Positions 47,316-55,820 of a DNA stretch of 55,820 nt are shown one piece after another. The DNA comes from Candidatus Altiarchaeota archaeon. GTDB lineage: Archaea; Altiarchaeota; Altiarchaeia; IMC4; QMZM01. Positions within the stretch are counted from its first letter, which is position 1. Each line of letters begins with the position of its first letter. Location: NCBI GenBank assembly GCA_016931955.1, contig JAFGDV010000045.1:1-55820 (forward strand), given 5' to 3'. The position numbers and the translations under genes were made by a program. The notes below the pieces were generated by a model, which was given only the letters and a program-made list of their open reading frames with translations, ran no database searches and was not told the origin of the DNA.

Positions 47316-48234
47316 GGTCGCAGTTACTGGAGGCGCAGGTTTCATAGGCTCCCACGTAGTCGACGTCTTATTGAATAGAGGCTACGAGGTCTTAGTCATC
47401 GACGACCTATCCAACGGCATAAAAGAGAACGTGAACCAGGAAGCAAGCTTCTATGAGGTAAACATCTGCGATCCCTTCCTCAGGGAGGTGCTGGGGAAGG
47501 AGGGCCCTGATGCACTCATCCACCTTGCTGCTCAATCCAGCCTGAGGAATTCAACAAAAAACCCGAGATTTGACGCCCAGACTAACATACTGGGTTCAAT
47601 ATGTGTCCTTGAATCATGCAAGGACCTCTGCATTGGAAAGGTCGTGTATTCTTCGTCCGTCGACGTATACGGCGAACCCCAGTATCTCCCCATCGACGAA
47701 AACCACCCCATCAGGCCGATATCCCCTTATGCAGCATCAAAGTATGCTGTGGAGAATTACCTCTACTGCTATAAGAGGAATCACGGAGTAGACTACGTCT
47801 CCCTTAGGTGCTCCAACGTTTATGGTCCGAGACAGGATTCCAACGGCGAAGCAGGATTTGTCGCCGTCTTCCTCGACGGATTCCTGAGAGACCGGAAACC
47901 GACAATAAACGGCGATGGTGGGCAGACCCGTGACTTCATATTTGTGGAGGATGCTGCGAAAGCGATGGTTCTAGCGTTGGAGAAGGAAACAAACAGTAAA
48001 ATATTTAACATAGGCTCTGGTGTCGAGGTATCGATTGGGGGACTCTACAACGAGATGAAGAAGATCTTCGAACGTGATCTTTTCCCAACCTACAGCGACC
48101 CTATTGAAGGCGAAGTAAGGAGGATGTCCATCAACCCGGGTCTGGCTGAGAAGGAGCTTGACTGGAAGCCTGAGACAACACTAGAAGTGGGTCTTAGAAA
48201 GACCATCGAATGCTTCAAGGCAAAAAAGAACTGA
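47308..48234 (+). CDS. galE: NAD-dependent epimerase (UDP-glucose 4-epimerase-like)
   Basis: TGGAGFIGSH, HLAAQ, YAASK, NVYGPRQ, QTRDF. Confidence 0.8.
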   Translation: MSKVAVTGGAGFIGSHVVDVLLNRGYEVLVIDDLSNGIKENVNQEASFYEVNICDPFLREVLGKEGPDALIHLAAQSSLRNSTKNPRFDAQTNILGSICVLESCKDLCIGKVVYSSSVDVYGEPQYLPIDENHPIRPISPYAASKYAVENYLYCYKRNHGVDYVSLRCSNVYGPRQDSNGEAGFVAVFLDGFLRDRKPTINGDGGQTRDFIFVEDAAKAMVLALEKETNSKIFNIGSGVEVSIGGLYNEMKKIFERDLFPTYSDPIEGEVRRMSINPGLAEKELDWKPETTLEVGLRKTIECFKAKKN

Positions 48235-48236
48235 CC

Positions 48237-48869
48237 TTACCTCTTCACCAGGTAGTGTAGTACTACTTGGTCGCCGTATTGTAGTATTCCTTCGAGGTCT
48301 AGTTTTATTTCTTTGTCGAGTTGTTTCTCGAATAATTCGTTTCCCCTTCCCATTATCGCTGGAACCACGGTCACATAGAGTTCGTCGACGTAGCCTTCGT
48401 TCAGCATCCTCTTCACGAGGCTCCCCTCCCCCTCAAGTAGCAATGTTCGTATACCCTTGTCATAGAGGCGGTCTAATAATTCATCAAGGTTGACGGCGAA
48501 CTCTCCATAGGTTATTATCTCTAAGCCCTCCAGCTTCCCCAGTTTCTCCAGTTTCCTTGGAGGGGCCTCCTTTGAGACCACCAGTATCTTTTTTCCTCTG
48601 CCTGACAGGACCCTGGCGTCCTCCCTGATCTCGGCTTTCGCGTCCACGATGATCCTGTAGGGTTCCCTCTTACCTTCAGCCATCCTAGCCTCCAGTTCCG
48701 GGTTCTCCAGGATTATCGTGTCGACGTCCACCATCATGGCGTCAACTGAGCCCCTTAGTTCGTGTACCCTGTATTTGTCAAGCCTGCTTAGAAAATCAGC
48801 CTCTACACCCGCCTGCTTTACCCTGCCGTCGAGGCTCATAGCGGAATTGAATACAACCTTTGGTCTCAT
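48237..48869 (-). CDS. RibD C-terminal/DHFR-fold reductase (2,5-diamino-6-ribosylamino-pyrimidinone 5'-phosphate reductase-like)
   Basis: AMSLDG, VHELR, P.RIIVD, LLLEG, VDELY...P.I.G. Confidence 0.8.
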   Translation of the reverse strand: MRPKVVFNSAMSLDGRVKQAGVEADFLSRLDKYRVHELRGSVDAMMVDVDTIILENPELEARMAEGKREPYRIIVDAKAEIREDARVLSGRGKKILVVSKEAPPRKLEKLGKLEGLEIITYGEFAVNLDELLDRLYDKGIRTLLLEGEGSLVKRMLNEGYVDELYVTVVPAIMGRGNELFEKQLDKEIKLDLEGILQYGDQVVLHYLVKR

Positions 48870-48903
48870 CTTAGGTATTTTTGAGCTCTAATCCCATTAA
48901 TAT

Positions 48904-50586
48904 ATGCTTGTTGGATTAAATAAGATGGAAGTGGAGAAAACGATCAGGGAGAGAGCCATCCAGAACAGGCTCCAGTACGGGAGAGCCGATGAGAAGGCTG
49001 TAATCGGGAAAGTGCTCTCAGAGATCCCAGAAGCAAAGAGGGATATGAGGGCACTGATCGAGAAGGTCAAGGCTATCATCTCTGAAGTGAACCAGCTTCC
49101 ATTGGATGAGCTCGACGGCCACGAGCTGCGTATGGGGAAAACGGTGAAGGGCTCCAGCCTGAAGCTGCCGGGTAAGCCAGCTGCCGTAGTGATGAGGTTT
49201 GCCCCCAACCCCAATGGTCCAGCAACATTGGGCTCCGCACGCGGTATTGTTGTGAACTCTGAGCTGGCGAGGAGGTACGGGGGAGAATTCATCCTGAGGT
49301 TTGACGACACCGACCCGAAGACGAAGAAGCCGATGATGGAAGCCTACGGATGGTATCTAGAAGACTGTGAGTGGTTGGATGCGAAGCCGGATGATGTTTA
49401 CTATGCATCAGATAGGATCCAACTATACTACGAACACGCAGAGAAACTGATAACTGGAGGGCATGCATATGTCTGCTTCTGTTCGAAGTCGGACTTCAAA
49501 GCCCTCCGAGACAAAAAGATGAAGTGCCCTCACAGGGACTCTCAGCCAGAGAAAAACATTGGGTTCTGGAGAAAAATGCTTGCTGGAGAATACAATGAAG
49601 GAGAATGCGTCCTTCGGATCAAGACAGACATAGAACACAAGGATCCTGCTCTACGGGATTGGGTAGGGTTCAGGATCATCCAGGAGCCTCATCCCAGGGT
49701 GGGGGACAAGTACGTTGTTTGGCCGATGCTCGACTTCGAGTCCGCGATAGAAGACCATCTCCTAGGGATAACGCACATAATACGCGGGAAGGATCTGATT
49801 GACTCAGAGCACAGGCAGAGGTTCATCTATGGATACCTTGGCTGGGAGTATCCTGTGACGATGCACTGGGGGAGGGTAAGGTTAGTGGAATTCGGGGCAT
49901 TCAGCACAAGCAAGCTGAAGGAGATGATTTCTCGCGGGGAATACTCTGGATGGGATGATCCACGGGTTCCGACGATTCGGGCTTTAAGGCGGCGAGGTGT
50001 TTCCCCGGAGGCGGTCAGGAATCTCATGACCGGTCTGGGGATAAGCGAAGTCGACGTCTCCATAAGCTTAGAGAACCTCTTCGCTGAGAACCGGAAGGTG
50101 ATGGATCCTAAGGCGAACAGGTACTTCTTCATCGAAGACCCTAAGGAGTTGGTCGTCAGAAACGCCCCACAGAAAGAAGTCAGGATACCATTGCATCCCA
50201 GCTTCCGCGAACGGGGTATGCGGGAATTCCAAGTCAATACAGAAGACGGGAATACGAGGCTCTTCATTTCTGCGGCGGATTCTGTGAAACTGAGGGCTGG
50301 GGATGAGGTCAGGCTGATGAATCTCTTCAATGTTAGGATTACTGGAGTGAATGATCCGATAACTGCTGACTACCTTGAAGGTGAGAACCTTAGGGTGAAC
50401 AAGATTCACTGGCTGCAGGATTATCTGCCGGCTGAGGTATTAAGGCCGGAGGGTTGGGTGGGGGGCTTCTGTGAGCCCGCCTGCGGCAGCCTTGACGTCG
50501 GCGAAGTAGTGCAGTTTGAGCGTTTTGGGTTTGTTAGGCTTGACCGTAAGGCTGGATCCCTGGTTTTCTATTTTGGACACCGATGA
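48904..50586 (+). CDS. gltX: Glutamate--tRNA ligase (archaeal)
   Basis: RFAPNPNGPATLGSAR, LRFDDTDP, THIIRGKD, STSK, WDDPR, QFERFGF; alternative start 48925. Confidence 0.96.
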   Translation: MLVGLNKMEVEKTIRERAIQNRLQYGRADEKAVIGKVLSEIPEAKRDMRALIEKVKAIISEVNQLPLDELDGHELRMGKTVKGSSLKLPGKPAAVVMRFAPNPNGPATLGSARGIVVNSELARRYGGEFILRFDDTDPKTKKPMMEAYGWYLEDCEWLDAKPDDVYYASDRIQLYYEHAEKLITGGHAYVCFCSKSDFKALRDKKMKCPHRDSQPEKNIGFWRKMLAGEYNEGECVLRIKTDIEHKDPALRDWVGFRIIQEPHPRVGDKYVVWPMLDFESAIEDHLLGITHIIRGKDLIDSEHRQRFIYGYLGWEYPVTMHWGRVRLVEFGAFSTSKLKEMISRGEYSGWDDPRVPTIRALRRRGVSPEAVRNLMTGLGISEVDVSISLENLFAENRKVMDPKANRYFFIEDPKELVVRNAPQKEVRIPLHPSFRERGMREFQVNTEDGNTRLFISAADSVKLRAGDEVRLMNLFNVRITGVNDPITADYLEGENLRVNKIHWLQDYLPAEVLRPEGWVGGFCEPACGSLDVGEVVQFERFGFVRLDRKAGSLVFYFGHR

Positions 50587-50589
50587 AGC

Positions 50590-51363
50590 CTATACCAGCG
50601 AGGGCAGCAGCGTGTCCCTTAAACCTGGACCGAATCCCAGAACGAACAAGAGAAGCTTCATAAACCTGTAGAGGGCTTCGTCTTTTTTCCTGTCTTCCTG
50701 ATACCATTTCTCGGTGTAGTATATCACAACAAGTATAAGTGCAAGCTTTACGGGCACCATGATGAACGCGTTATTGCCTGCGGTTTCTATGAGGTATATC
50801 GGCAGAAGATGCTCCTCCCCGAATCCATAGTAGTTGTATGCTATGAATGTCGCGCAGCCGTCCAAGAGGTGCGAGAATACTATGGCAAGATTCACCCTGT
50901 TCTGGAATATCTCTACCCTGAGATGTCGTGAGACTAAATGCACTAGATAGAGGATCCCAGAGGCCATGATAACCGGGTAGAGTATCCTCTCAGGATCATG
51001 CAGGTGTTGGGATAATGTGTAGGCGATTGGTAGTAGTATGAGGATGCCTAAACCCGATGAAACATACCAGTAGGGTATCCTAAAGAAGTGAGAAGAACAA
51101 AAACCAATAGCGATGGACACGAGAACAAGAACTGCTGTGAGTATGTATACCCCAGGTGTTATGTTCCACCAATGGCTTCTCTCCAGAGCCCTCACATCTA
51201 CAAGAAGCCTTATGAAGATGCCAACAAACATGTAGGGTATAAGAGCATAGATGAGACCCTTGTCCAGTTTAATCCTCGGGAAAAAGTATTTCACGAGAAG
51301 CCATATACTCGCTAGGAGGATCACGATGCACAGAACGTAGTCCTCTGGAGAATAAACACCCAT
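50590..51363 (-). CDS. DUF63 family membrane protein
   Basis: ITPGVY, HLLDG.ATF, GEEH, LGFGPGLRD; 7-8 TM helices. Confidence 0.8.
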   Translation of the reverse strand: MGVYSPEDYVLCIVILLASIWLLVKYFFPRIKLDKGLIYALIPYMFVGIFIRLLVDVRALERSHWWNITPGVYILTAVLVLVSIAIGFCSSHFFRIPYWYVSSGLGILILLPIAYTLSQHLHDPERILYPVIMASGILYLVHLVSRHLRVEIFQNRVNLAIVFSHLLDGCATFIAYNYYGFGEEHLLPIYLIETAGNNAFIMVPVKLALILVVIYYTEKWYQEDRKKDEALYRFMKLLLFVLGFGPGLRDTLLPSLV

Positions 51364-51367
51364 TCCT

Positions 51368-52990
51368 TCACACCACTTCATCCACTATGAATTCAAGCTG
51401 GTCGGAGAAGTCGCTGTATCGGACCCTGCCGATCAGGGTTATCTTCTGGTTGATGAGTCTATCTTTTGCCTCCTTTATGGGCATCGATTCATCCTGTGTC
51501 TCACCTATCACGTTCATAACCTCTTCAACGTCCATGTCGATGATCTTCTCCGCATTTTCTTTGAACGCTATTGCTCTTATATTCCCGCTTTCGTCTTCGA
51601 TAGTGAATGAGAGTATCATGTTCAATACTGGATCGACTTCCTGGCCGCAGTGCTCGCAGAAGTGCCCAAGACCTTGGTTTTCAACCCTCTTATCGCAGTA
51701 TGGGCAGGTCGTATACACCAGCCTCCTCCCTTCGTCGATTTCTACTATGCTGCCATTGATCCTTACATAACGATCCTTGTTTTCGAGGTCTATGATGTTC
51801 TTCTCCTTTATCAGCTTCTTCTCTATGTCTTTCAGTGGGGGCACCTTGAGATCTGGATTTATGTTGACGTCGCCGTATTTTCCAACATAGATTTCGGGCT
51901 CGTTGTTAAGGTTCGGCCGAGAGTATGCATTCCTTATCCTTATCGCGTCACCCTTTTTCAGCTCGTTCGCTATGTTTGACTTCTCATCCCACAAAACAAC
52001 CCTGATTGAGCCGGATTTGTCTCCTATGATAATGGACGACATCATACCCTTCGAGTACGCCCTTGGCTTATAGACCTCGAGAACCCTCCCAATAGTGGAC
52101 AGGTTAGACATGTCTGAGGTTATGTCGCCTATTACAATGTCTTTCTCCGACTCGATAGGGGGTAGCTTCAGCTTCTCTTCTGTCGAGATTAGCCTCCCCC
52201 TGTTTCCGAGCTGTAGTTCAAGCTCCTGGTTCAAGCCCTCACGCATGTATGCGTTCTCCAATCTGATTATGTCGCCATTAGACAGCTTGGTTTTCGCGGC
52301 ATCGTCCCAGAGAACAGCCCTTATCTTCCCGGTCTCGTCTTCTGCGATAAAAGATGCCCTATATCCTACACTGCCATCCGCTCTATTGAACTCAGTCATC
52401 GGGTAGTAGGATGAAACCCTGCAGACTATGTCGACTGAATCCATGTCTTTTTTAAGGTTCTTTATCCTGATCTTTTTTGTTTTTATTTTTGGGATATCGA
52501 CATCCAATTTCGGGTTTATGCTGATGTTCGTGAGCGAGGTAGCATGTAGTTCCACTTCTTTGTTGATGCCTTCCTTCCCGTAGATGTTTTTTGCGGATAT
52601 GACGTCGCCTTTAGAGATATTGTTGGCTAACTCGGAATTACTATCCCATAGTATCATCCTCCTCTCGCCTGAGTCATCAAGCAGGATGAGACTTGAAAGC
52701 CTGCCTTTGCTGCCGTCTTTTCTATCAAAGGCCTTCGGGGGATATACGGCCTTAACCCTTCCCACGATGTTGAATGCCTTCTGAGCCTCTATGTCTGAGA
52801 GTTTGGTGATAACGGATTTCTCGTTGTTGAATCCTATGCCGAATTCCTTCGCCACAGCATATATTGCACCGTAGTCAGACAGGAGTCCATGGGTTGCCTC
52901 CTTTCGTTTTTCCATCATCGCCCTCACTTCCTTTTCTGACTTGCCTGACTCCTTAACGACTTTCTTGATCAGATTCTCTACTTCAGACAT
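51368..52990 (-). CDS. rpa: Replication protein A (four OB folds plus Zn finger)
   Basis: Repeated D.SG..R..LWD OB motifs, CPYC...CEHC, N-terminal helical domain GLLSDYGA. Confidence 0.9.
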   Translation of the reverse strand: MSEVENLIKKVVKESGKSEKEVRAMMEKRKEATHGLLSDYGAIYAVAKEFGIGFNNEKSVITKLSDIEAQKAFNIVGRVKAVYPPKAFDRKDGSKGRLSSLILLDDSGERRMILWDSNSELANNISKGDVISAKNIYGKEGINKEVELHATSLTNISINPKLDVDIPKIKTKKIRIKNLKKDMDSVDIVCRVSSYYPMTEFNRADGSVGYRASFIAEDETGKIRAVLWDDAAKTKLSNGDIIRLENAYMREGLNQELELQLGNRGRLISTEEKLKLPPIESEKDIVIGDITSDMSNLSTIGRVLEVYKPRAYSKGMMSSIIIGDKSGSIRVVLWDEKSNIANELKKGDAIRIRNAYSRPNLNNEPEIYVGKYGDVNINPDLKVPPLKDIEKKLIKEKNIIDLENKDRYVRINGSIVEIDEGRRLVYTTCPYCDKRVENQGLGHFCEHCGQEVDPVLNMILSFTIEDESGNIRAIAFKENAEKIIDMDVEEVMNVIGETQDESMPIKEAKDRLINQKITLIGRVRYSDFSDQLEFIVDEVV

Positions 52991-53024
52991 TTTCACTTAA
53001 TCATTTGGATTAAGGGGATAAAAC

Positions 53025-53537
53025 CTACCAACCCTCTTCATGCACATCTATCCTCCTTGTGGGTGGTGTTGGATCTTCAGCCGGGTAACCTATGGGGACT
53101 ATGGCAATCGGTCTCACGCCTTCAGGTATTTCTAAGATCTCTTTCACTTTTTCTTCATCGAAGGCTCCTACCCAGCACGATCCCAGTGCGATGGAATGCG
53201 CCACAAGCAGTATGTTCTGTACCGCGATCGTCGCGTCCTGGATGCTGTAGAGGGATTCTCCCCTGGAGCCGTATTTCTTGGAGGATTTTCTCTTGTTCGC
53301 GCATGCTATGATGACCAGTGGAGCCTCTGAGATGAACCCCTGGTTTAATGCCGCTTTAGCTATTTCTTCTTTTGTCTTCTGTTCCCTGACGAGGATAAAG
53401 TCTCTAGCCTGCATATTCCCTGCAGATGGCGCCCACTTAGCAGCCTCCAATAGTTCATCTAACTTTTGTCCCTCTACGCTGCGGGAACTGAACATTCTGA
53501 TAGAACGCCTACTACGGATCAGATCTAGAATATCCAT
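53025..53537 (-). CDS. Nitroreductase family flavoprotein
   Basis: RRSIR, APSAGN.Q, QNILLVA...LGSCWVG, IGYP. Confidence 0.92.
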   Translation of the reverse strand: MDILDLIRSRRSIRMFSSRSVEGQKLDELLEAAKWAPSAGNMQARDFILVREQKTKEEIAKAALNQGFISEAPLVIIACANKRKSSKKYGSRGESLYSIQDATIAVQNILLVAHSIALGSCWVGAFDEEKVKEILEIPEGVRPIAIVPIGYPAEDPTPPTRRIDVHEEGW

Positions 53538-53585
53538 AGAATAAGGATATAAAACAGAAAGATAAAAAGAGAAGGAGAGAAGAGA

Positions 53586-54557
53586 TTATATCTCTTCCTC
53601 GGTTGCTGCCTCTGCTGCTGGCGCTTCTTCTTTCGCCGGCGCTTCTTCAGCTCCAGCTCCGCCCTTGCCTTTCATGACGAAGAAGCCTACAACCACTAAT
53701 ATTATCACCACGATAATTGCTATCCACAGCAACGGTAGACCGCCTCCCTCTGAAGGCTGGGTCGTTGGCGTCGTTGGCTGAGTTATTGGAGTCGTTGTCG
53801 GGGTCGTGGTTGGCGTCGTTACCCTGGTAGTCGTCACTCTGGTTGTTGTTGTCCCCTCCATGGTTGTGGTCGTAGCTGCTTGGGTCGTCGTAGTTGCTCT
53901 AGTTGTCGTAGTCGTAGTCGTGGCTGCTGCTTCACCGAATACGGATATCTCTATCTCAGCGTCATGGTAGTTCGTCTTGGCCAACTGCACCAGGTAATCT
54001 CCAGCGGCTGTTGGCTTGAACATGAAAAGCCCGTCGTCGTCGGTCAGACCGTAGGCAACCTTTTTACCCGCGAGGAATACGTCAACTTCCACGTCATCTA
54101 AGGCGTCCTCTCTTGTCTTGTCTACGACGGATACCGTCAACTGCTCGTTGATCAATGGCTCTTCTGGTGTGAATGAAACTACCATGTATCTCCTTGAGCG
54201 CCTTGATGAACCGGCTTGTATTGTCGCCGTATCAAATGTAGTCCCGCTTGACGCATTAACAGCGGTAACAGTTATTTGCCCGGCTACTGTCGCAGTTACA
54301 CCGGGGAAGTTAACCCATGAATTATTTTCGTCACCCTTCCCTACCGATGTTCCCTTCATATCAACGCCCGCACCTACCAGCGTTATGTTTGTGTTGTTGG
54401 CGCCACCGACACCTGTCAACGTTATGTTTATGTCTGTCGGCGTCTGGATGTTTATCTGAGTCAGGGGAAGGGTCATCGTTACTGCAGTTGCGCCTCCTGT
54501 CAGCATTAGAATTCCAAGTACAATCAGTCCATACATAAAAAACCTTGTGGTCTTCAT
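53586..54557 (-). CDS. Cell-surface glycoprotein: signal peptide, beta-rich domains, Thr/Pro linker, C-terminal TM anchor
   Basis: MKTTRFF...GGATA signal, several N-x-S/T sequons, long poly-Thr tract, LLWIAIIVVIILVVVGFFVMK anchor, acidic tail; SD GGAGGT. Confidence 0.8.
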   Translation of the reverse strand: MKTTRFFMYGLIVLGILMLTGGATAVTMTLPLTQINIQTPTDINITLTGVGGANNTNITLVGAGVDMKGTSVGKGDENNSWVNFPGVTATVAGQITVTAVNASSGTTFDTATIQAGSSRRSRRYMVVSFTPEEPLINEQLTVSVVDKTREDALDDVEVDVFLAGKKVAYGLTDDDGLFMFKPTAAGDYLVQLAKTNYHDAEIEISVFGEAAATTTTTTTRATTTTQAATTTTMEGTTTTRVTTTRVTTPTTTPTTTPITQPTTPTTQPSEGGGLPLLWIAIIVVIILVVVGFFVMKGKGGAGAEEAPAKEEAPAAEAATEEEI

Positions 54558-54658
54558 TTTTTAGATACCTCCATTTTTTGGTTTGTGCTTTTAGTTTTTT
54601 TCTTTATTTTAGTTCTGGGTCAGTTCTAAGCCAAGAGTCTCCTATATTAAAAATATGC

Positions 54659-54682
54659 TTAGTTCTTTAAAAATAGAACTAA
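54659..54682. promoter_or_regulatory. Inverted repeat at the predicted transcription start of the surface-protein gene
   Basis: TTAGTTCT-N8-AGAACTAA; extra AGTTCT half-sites at 54611 and 54622. Confidence 0.55.
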
Positions 54683-54707
54683 AACGTATTGAATATTATA
54701 TTGTCTA

Positions 54708-54725
54708 TATATAAATACTTTTCGG
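54708..54725 (-). promoter_or_regulatory. Archaeal BRE + TATA promoter
   Basis: Minus strand CCGAAAAGTA-TTTATATA, consensus-like. Confidence 0.7.
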
Positions 54726-54762
54726 TTTAAGTGACAACTCTTAGTGCCACTTTTCATCTCCA

Positions 54763-55820
54763 CTACCTTGAAACACTCTCCCCGAAATCCCATCGGACCA
54801 CTGCCGGAGGCAGATATTCTACATCCTTGATCCTGTACTCGAGGATGGCTTTTCCGCCGCTCTCCAATGTTCCCACATACATCATAAGCTTGGTGTCTCT
54901 TCTCTCAACCCCGGCTGTTAGGATGTCTACCTCTGCGCCCTCTGTGATCCTGTCCACTATCAAGCAGTTCTTTATCTCCTTCTTCTTTTTGTTCCAGACA
55001 GCGACCTTAACCCTCTCGTCCTCTTTCTCCTTTGTTATCTCCACATCACCCAGTCTTGAGTATGCTTGGATGACGACGAACAGGACTCCTCCGAAGAATA
55101 TCAGGAGTAACGGTATCAGTAGCAGAATCCAGTTCAGGCCCTCGCCCTTCTGGGCCATGCATGCTGCATTATCTACCAGTATCCGTGTTTCTTTTCTGCC
55201 AAGTTCTTTACCGTTGATGTCATACAGTGTTGCAACTACATTAAAGTATGTTGGCGTTATATTCCCCGGCGTCTGCCACCTGAAGGGTACATCCAGTGAT
55301 TCATTATCCATTATCCCAGTGTATTCCCTTTTTGTGTAGACTACTTTGTCTTTTTCGTCTCTGATCTCTAGGTCAAGCTGTCCTTCGTTGCCTGGTTTCC
55401 TGCTTATAACGTCGACCTTTATGATCGCGGTTGATCCTGGACAGTATACGGCTTCAACGTTTTCTGCTGTGACGATCTCCCCTATCCCCAGGTCGCCAGT
55501 GGATATCACTGGTTCGCCGTTTATGTAGCTTGTTGTGATGGTCTTTTTCTCCCCAGAATCCAGTTTTCCGGTTTCATAGTATAGTATCACGGCTGAGTCT
55601 CCTAGGATGGATGTTGTATTGTCTACTCTATAATCCCATGACGAGTATATGCTTTTTTTCCAGTTTGTTATCATGAATCTGTCAGGGTAGCTTTGACCGT
55701 AGAGTATTCCTGTTGCTATGAGTGTGGGTTTGTCTACCGTATTGTATGCCTTCCAGTATCTGAAGTCGAGGCCTTTTCCATAGTACTCTGATTCCTTCGA
55801 CTTCAATCCGTCGCCTGGTA
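54763..55820 (-). CDS. Partial (5'-truncated) membrane-anchored surface protein with Ig-like domains
   Basis: Frame stays open to the window edge (PGDGLKSK...); WDY..DSAVILYY beta module, Ig-like domain, TM WILLLIPLLLIFFGGVLFVVI, further beta domain after the TM. Confidence 0.75.
   Translation of the reverse strand, partial: PGDGLKSKESEYYGKGLDFRYWKAYNTVDKPTLIATGILYGQSYPDRFMITNWKKSIYSSWDYRVDNTTSILGDSAVILYYETGKLDSGEKKTITTSYINGEPVISTGDLGIGEIVTAENVEAVYCPGSTAIIKVDVISRKPGNEGQLDLEIRDEKDKVVYTKREYTGIMDNESLDVPFRWQTPGNITPTYFNVVATLYDINGKELGRKETRILVDNAACMAQKGEGLNWILLLIPLLLIFFGGVLFVVIQAYSRLGDVEITKEKEDERVKVAVWNKKKKEIKNCLIVDRITEGAEVDILTAGVERRDTKLMMYVGTLESGGKAILEYRIKDVEYLPPAVVRWDFGESVSR

Noticed and set aside
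49198-49245. GluRS lacking a literal HIGH motif (TLGS instead)
   Set aside because: From recall, this variant occurs in other euryarchaeal GluRS; not evidence of inactivity
54731-55339. 202-aa plus-strand ORF and the many other short antisense ORFs in the track
   Set aside because: They lie opposite well-supported genes and show the Ser/Phe/Ile-rich composition typical of antisense frames
1-55820. tRNA, rRNA, CRISPR, IS/transposase, integrase, intein, selenoprotein
   Set aside because: Intergenic gaps are short with no cloverleaf or repeat array seen; no ORF has the relevant motifs or an in-frame TGA split. A tRNAscan-SE/Infernal run would be the formal check

Overview
Gene-dense archaeal chromosomal segment with about 59 CDS. 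Archaeal markers are Csl4, FEN1 with a PIP box, RpoL, Trm1, multi-OB RPA, archaeal-type AlaRS/GluRS and BRE/TATA promoters. The gene repertoire suggests an Altiarchaeota/DPANN-adjacent organism with substantial biosynthetic capacity (inference only). I found no rRNA, tRNA, CRISPR array, transposase or integrase. Housekeeping content includes argF/argD/cimA, a SAM by-product salvage locus (mtnA, class II aldolase, ahcY), ribose-1,5-bisphosphate isomerase, and a six-gene lower modified-mevalonate operon (ubiX, AMPD, PMDh-L, PMDh-S, ipk, fni) plus GGPP synthase. It also carries glucosylglycerate-type synthesis genes, galU/galE, tRNA-modification genes and a split type IV pilus-like system. The best novelty candidates are: (i) an 848-aa membrane-anchored mosaic zinc metalloprotease (HEAT, Cys modules, HExxHxxGxxD, TSP3) directly upstream of TadB/TadC-like genes; (ii) two distant paralogous unnamed winged-helix proteins, one with a perfect 21-bp palindrome at its start; (iii) a wHTH plus KaiC-like ATPase with a coiled-coil insertion; (iv) a NurA-less HerA ATPase with a MinD-like membrane tail, coupled to a GH15 hydrolase and facing gpgS/gpgP; (v) a RibD-like reductase with degenerate NADPH motifs; and (vi) a candidate major surface-protein gene with a long palindromic leader. 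All family calls come from motif recognition by eye; no searches were run.
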